From assembly GCF_009914755.1 (NCBI RefSeq), contig NC_060939.1: a stretch of DNA of 64,000 nucleotides, one strand, 5' to 3'. The translations under genes and the position numbers were made by a program. The stretch is from the human T2T-CHM13v2.0 reference genome, Homo sapiens. The notes below the pieces were generated by a model. The model did not search any database and had not been told where the DNA came from. It was given only the letters and a program-made list of their open reading frames with translations. Numbering within the stretch: the first letter of the stretch is position 1; every line of letters starts with the position of its first letter. Shown here piece after piece: positions 54,351-64,000 of the stretch.

Positions 54351-56176
54351 CCATGTGTTAGGTGCCAGAGAGAAAATATTCCCCAACTAATGTGAATTAC
54401 AGGGAAATAAATGATCAGAGCCCAGGTCCTAAACACAAGGATGGGGGTTTGTGTGAGGTGCTTAGGGACCAGGATGCGGTAACCTGGTGGGAGGCGAGGT
54501 TGGCAGTACCATCTCATTCTTGAGTTACCTGATTCCTTAGTCCTGCTGCCTTGATTGCGGTGTCTTAAGAGTAAGAGGCACTGCCAGGATCTTGGGAAAA
54601 GGATGCCAAGATCTATTAGCAAAGGCTCCCGTGGGCATGGGAGCCAGCAGTGGTGGTAACTTCCTTCTGTATCTGCTGACTCAGGGAGGAGAGAGTGCAG
54701 AAGAGGTGACCTTGGAGCTGGGTGTTGAAGGATATGCAGGAGTTTATCAAGAGGAGTGAGGGAAGAGAGGTCCAGGCAGGAGCAACAGCATGAGCCAAGT
54801 CGAAACAGAAGCGTCTAGTGTCTAGAGATGACAGAGAAAAGTGGCAAACAGAGCCGGAAAGGGGCTTGGAGGCAAGTTTGTGGGGAGTTCCACGTGGTGG
54901 GTGATGAGGTTTTGGCCTCCGTTTCCCGAATGATGGGCAGCACTGAGGGTTGGGAGTTGGGGGTGAGCTGGTAAGAAGTCTGCTCTCAGTCCCTTCGGCC
55001 GCTTCATAGAAATGGAACCAGGCAGGAGGCCACTGCAACAGTCCAGCTTGAGAGAAAGGGAGAGGCAGCACAGAGCATGAGCTGCCTGATTTCCTGGGCT
55101 TGAGCTCTTGGCGTGTGGGGCTTTCCCCTCTCATCCTGCAAGGTTGCCCGTTGCCTCTGACACGCCCTGTGGCATCAGGCAAGTCACTCTTTCTGAGCTT
55201 CAGTTTTCACAGTTCCTAAAGGAGGAACTATCTTGGGTGGTGCTGAGGTACCTTCTTCCTCTAACCTTCCAGAAGTGCTCTGGTTCTGCCCTTAGGGCCC
55301 TGCTGTCCCGAGGGGCTGTCAGCCACAGCTGGAAGGATGAGAAAAATCCAGGCAAGGTTAGAGTAGACACACAGCATTGGGGCCCAGGTTGCGCATTCTA
55401 CTCGGCTCTTACTTGCTGTGTAACCAAGTGAGACTGACAGATAAGCTTTGGAACCTCCCTGAGCCTCAGTTTCTTCAACTGTGAAGTGGAGACAATAATA
55501 GACCTACCTCTCAGGGTTTTAATACTTGGCACATAGTAAGTGCTCAATAAAATGAGTACTGAGGCCAGGCATGGTGGCTCACGCCTGTAATCCCAGCACT
55601 TTGGGATGCCAAGGTGGGGTGATCACTTGAGGTCAGGAATTTGAGACCAGCCCGGCCAGCATGGTGAAACCCCGTCTCTACTAAAAATACAAAAAATTAG
55701 CCTGGCGTGGTAGTGAGCGCCTGTAATCCCAGCTACTCAAGAGGCTGAGGCAGGAAAATCGCTTGAGCCCAGGAGGTGGAGGTTGCGGTGAGCGAGATCG
55801 TGCCACTGCAAGCCTAGGCGATAGAGTGAGACTCTGTCTCCAAAAAAAAAAAAAAACAAAACAAAAAAAGGAAAAAGAAAATGAAAGATTGCGTTAGCTA
55901 TGCTGACTCCACAGTCTCGAAAGGCTGAGTCAGAGGAGCCACCAAGGCTGCTGCCTACAGAGCCTCAGCACCTTCCATTCCTGCTGGACTTGAGTGCTGA
56001 GGGCAGGCAAGAGCGCTGGGCAGGGAATCAGCCGCCAGAGTTCTAGTTGGTTCCTGCTCTTTGACCTTGACCAAGGCTCTGCAGGCATTCCTCTGGCTCT
56101 GTGTATCCTCACTGCATTCCAGGATCAGCCATGGAGGTCCTGATGAGTGCCAGCATTGTACACTGCCAGGTGGCAT

Positions 56177-57070
<894 letters not shown>

Positions 57071-58796
57071 GCACAAGCATGGCAGTATAGACGTCACGCA
57101 CTCCACCCCAGCTCCAGATGGAGAACTGGCTTCCACTTCTGTGCAGGGAGTAAAGCCAGACAGTGGTTCCAGTTCAGTTCTACTGAGTTGTGACTTCATC
57201 TCCTTGCCCTGCAGTTTCCTTATCTGTAAAGCTGACATAAAGATATTCCTTATCTCATGGTACGGTTTAGAACTAAATGAAATAATGTGCATAAACTCTT
57301 CTCCCTGGCAGGCCAGCTCTCTCCTCTGCAATGTCCAGGGATCCTAGAGCCCATTAGAAACTCAAGATGGTGAGGCCGGCCCCTCCCACAGCTGGTCCCC
57401 AGAAGGTCAAGTGCCAGCCACGGCCGCTGGGTACTGGCGACAGGAAGGGTTGGCCCAAAGTGGCTGGCGGAGCTTAATCTGGGGCGGCCCAGGGAGCCTC
57501 CTGGCTGGTGGAGGGACAGAGCACCATCATCCGGGCTGGCCTCCGCCCTTAGCTCACCCTACTCTTTGATGTGCAGATGGTGGTGGGGGATGGGGGGCCT
57601 TCCTGGCCCCAGGCCTGCCTGCTTCTCACAAGGGGGAAGAGGGCCAAGGGTGATAATAAAACCCAGCTCTCCTTATGCGTCAGGCCATTTGCTAAGTACA
57701 TGTATCTCCTTCAATCCACACACCAGCCCAACAGCTCTGACACTGCCTCGTTGTGCAGATGAGACCTAGGCTTGGGCATGTGGGTCCCTTGTCTAAGAAA
57801 CTGAAACCAGACCTGCTGGACTCCATGATTCCAGCCTGCGGAGCTGGCTGTGGGTGTCTGTTGGAGGTGACTCCTAAGGACCCCTGTGGCTGTTCCCGCC
57901 TTCTCCCCCTCCTCTCAGCCTTGGATGTTCAACTGGGCCTTGCGGGGCAGAGGCTGAGGGGAGCCTGCCACAGTGGGGCTCCATTTGTCAAGAAATGCTC
58001 ACCAGGGCCAATGTGTGCGTGGAGCTGCGCTGGTCCCAGGCCTTCTCAGAGTTGGCCCTGACCATCTTCTGCCCCAGGCGATGTGGAGGGCACAGCCCCC
58101 ACTTTATGAGCCTGGCAAAGCTGTCCCCACCCCATGGTTTGCCTGCTCCTCAGCCCAGCCCATCCCTGTGTGCTGCTCTAGAAAACAACCTCTTTATGCA
58201 TTGGTACCCACACCCCACTCCACCCTTCCACCACGGAAGACGGTGGGGCGTGCCCTTGGCCAGTGAAGGGTGGCACCAGGTATGGGACCCTGTGCTTGCT
58301 GCCTTCACTGCACAGACCTGTCCCGCATTGTCCCAGGTATCCCAGGTGTTCCCGTGGAGCAGGAAGAGGGGCACGGCCAGCACCCTGCACCCTTGCCTCA
58401 TGTTAAGGAGGGTGCTTCCTGGAGAGCACTCCCTGCGCTCTGCCAGGGCCCCTCTCACCACTCACTGCGGGAGCACTGGGTCCACAGCTCCCCACCACCC
58501 AGCAGCTCCAGCTGCCATCAGAATAGGAATAAAAGGAGCCCTGCAAACCACCCAGCTAGCTCAGTCAATAGAGCATGAAAAGGAGCCCGGAGTCCTGCAG
58601 GCAGACATGGAGGCACAGGCGCAGGGCACCTGCAGGAAGGGCCGGCAGGCTGGGCACGTCTCCCCTCCTGTGCTCTGGGGTCCCAGACTCCACGGTGCTC
58701 CGCATGCACCCAGCTTCCCCCACCCGGCCTCCCCAGCTGCTGTATTGACCCACTCCTGCTTTAGTTTAGTAATGAGTCTCACTCATCTAGAAATCC

Positions 58797-58802
58797 TTTA
58801 TT
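58797..58802 (-). terminator. ANPEP: ANPEP polyadenylation signal
   Basis: AATAAA on minus strand about 435 nt after the stop. Confidence 0.8.
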
Positions 58803-59236
58803 TACATTTTCTCTTAGAAAAAAATATACAGATCTGCTGCCCTGTTGATTCCTCAGATTTAGGGTCTTTAGGGAAAGGTGAAAGAGGGTACAGGGCGGCC
58901 CCCAGCAAGGCCGTTCATTGTCCATCGAGAGCTTCTGCTCATCTGGCCCTGGAGCTGGGCTTCCCTGAGATCAGCCCCAGGGCACTGGGCGACAGGTGCC
59001 ATGCCAGGCCTAGGGCGGGGTTGGCATGAGGGGCAGGGGCTGGGAGGTGCTCAGGCAGCCTGGGTCATCAGGAACTAGACTGGCTCACAGGCAGAGAGAA
59101 CGTGGGCTGGAGACTTTGTCCTTGAGGGGAGGACACTGGTGCCTCGGGCTCCAGGAATGGAGGCCCTGCACCAGCCGCTGGGATGGACACATGTGGGCAC
59201 CTTGCATGGGGGCCGGGTGACTTCAAGGGCTGGGGA

Positions 59237-59389
59237 CTATTTGCTGTTTTCTGTGAACCACTGGAGCACCACCTCCTTGTTCTCCTTCACCCACTTGATG
59301 TTGGCTTTCGTCTTCTCCAGGGCTTGCTCCAGGGCCCGGGTGCCTGAGCCGAAGCCTGTTTCCTCGTTGTCCTTCTTGAACTGCTCCAG
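59237..59389 (-). CDS. ANPEP: ANPEP (aminopeptidase N/CD13) last coding exon; rest of gene lies beyond the window
   Basis: ttttctggcag acceptor; [50 protein letters not shown], the CD13 C-terminus; not in the supplied ORF track. Confidence 0.96.
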   Translation of the reverse strand: MEQFKKDNEETGFGSGTRALEQALEKTKANIKWVKENKEVVLQWFTENSK

Positions 59390-59769
59390 CTGCCAGAAAA
59401 ACAAAAGATTCTCAGTCCGGCTGGGTCCCTAACAGCCTTGAGGAGGAGCTCTCTCAGGCCTCTGGCTTTCCACTCCCACTTTAGAGTCCCCATGGATGGG
59501 ACCACACCCTGTTCCAGGGATAGGCAGGACGTCCACCTTGCTCCCGGGCAAAGTCCTTGTGAACACAGAGGTTGCAAAATGACAATCCCAGGCAAAACCT
59601 GGCTCAGGGAGATTCTGGCCTTCAGGTGTAATATTTTATTATAATATCAATCCAATCAAGAGAGTAGAGAGGGGCTAATGAAGCAACCAGCCAAATCTAA
59701 AATGTGGAAATTTCTATACCACAAATGATCCAGTTGCTTCAGTAAATAAATGGGTTTAAAAAAAAAATA

Positions 59770-62460
<2,691 letters not shown>

Positions 62461-62652
62461 GTTTTTTTCTGTTTGTTTGTTTGGTTTGGTTTGGTTTTGG
62501 TTTTTTGAGACAGGGTCTTGCTCTGTCACCCAGGCTGGAATGCGGTGGCACCACCTCCGCTCACTGCAACCTCTGCCTTCCTGGTTCAAGCGATCCTCTC
62601 ACCTCAGTCTCCTGAGTAGCTAGGACTACAGGTATGCACCACCATGCCCAGC

Positions 62653-62691
<39 letters not shown>

Positions 62692-62861
62692 GAGATGAGA
62701 TCTTATGATATTGCCCAGGCTGGTCTCAAACTCCTGGGTTCAAGGGATCCTCCTGCGTTGGCCTCCCAAAGTGCTGGGATTACAGGCATGAAGCACCCCA
62801 CCCACCCTACCTTGTTAGTTTACTGAAAACCACTTAAAATGGTGAGTTTGATGGTCCATGA

Positions 62862-63104
<243 letters not shown>

Positions 63105-63377
63105 TGATCCACCCACCTTAGCCTCCTAAAGTGCTGGGACTACAGGTGTGAGCCACCACGCCCAGCAAATTATATCTCAATTTTTAAAAAAGACAAACTA
63201 ACTTAATCCAAGTTGACTTTGTCAAGCTTCTAATTCAAGCATATATATCAATTGTAAAAAGACCTTTTATAAACAACTTAGAAAATTTGAATATGCCTTG
63301 GGTATATGATAGTAAGAAGATAATCATTTTCCTGGGTTTGCTAAGGACAGTGTGATTATGTTTTAAGAATCCCTTTA

Positions 63378-63744
<367 letters not shown>

Positions 63745-63840
63745 TCAGGAGATCGAGACCATGGTGAAACCCCATCTCTACTAAAAATACAAAAAAATTA
63801 GCCAGGCGCGGTGGCGGGCACTTGTAGTCCCAGCTACTCA

Positions 63841-63999
<159 letters not shown>

Positions 64000-64000
64000 A

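Overview
This is primate (almost certainly human) genomic DNA from the 15q26.1 WDR93-MESP1-MESP2-ANPEP locus. It holds the last nine coding exons of WDR93 (+), complete MESP1 (-, 268 aa) and MESP2 (+) arranged head-to-head about 25 kb apart, and the terminal exon of ANPEP (-). The MESP2 allele has 9 GQ repeats and is 389 aa, shorter than the 397-aa reference I recall. The intervals contain an Alu-interrupted MRPL15 processed pseudogene, an internally deleted 5S rRNA pseudogene, a 1.3-kb CA-rich compound minisatellite, dozens of Alus, and L1, MaLR, MER41-type LTR and hAT relics. I found no credible new protein-coding system; most long ORFs in the track are Alu, low-complexity or CpG-island artefacts. 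The most interesting unexplained signal is regulatory and centred on T-box sites. It comprises a near-perfect Brachyury-type palindrome 3' of MESP1, a minisatellite with about 15 copies of a T-like site also seen in the MESP2 promoter, a shared T-box/CATAAA core promoter in both MESP genes, and motif clusters in the intergenic region. Two Alu-shredded retrocopy fossils can also be reconstructed. Gene names come from recognising the translated proteins and repeat names from recalled consensus sequences; no database search was run.
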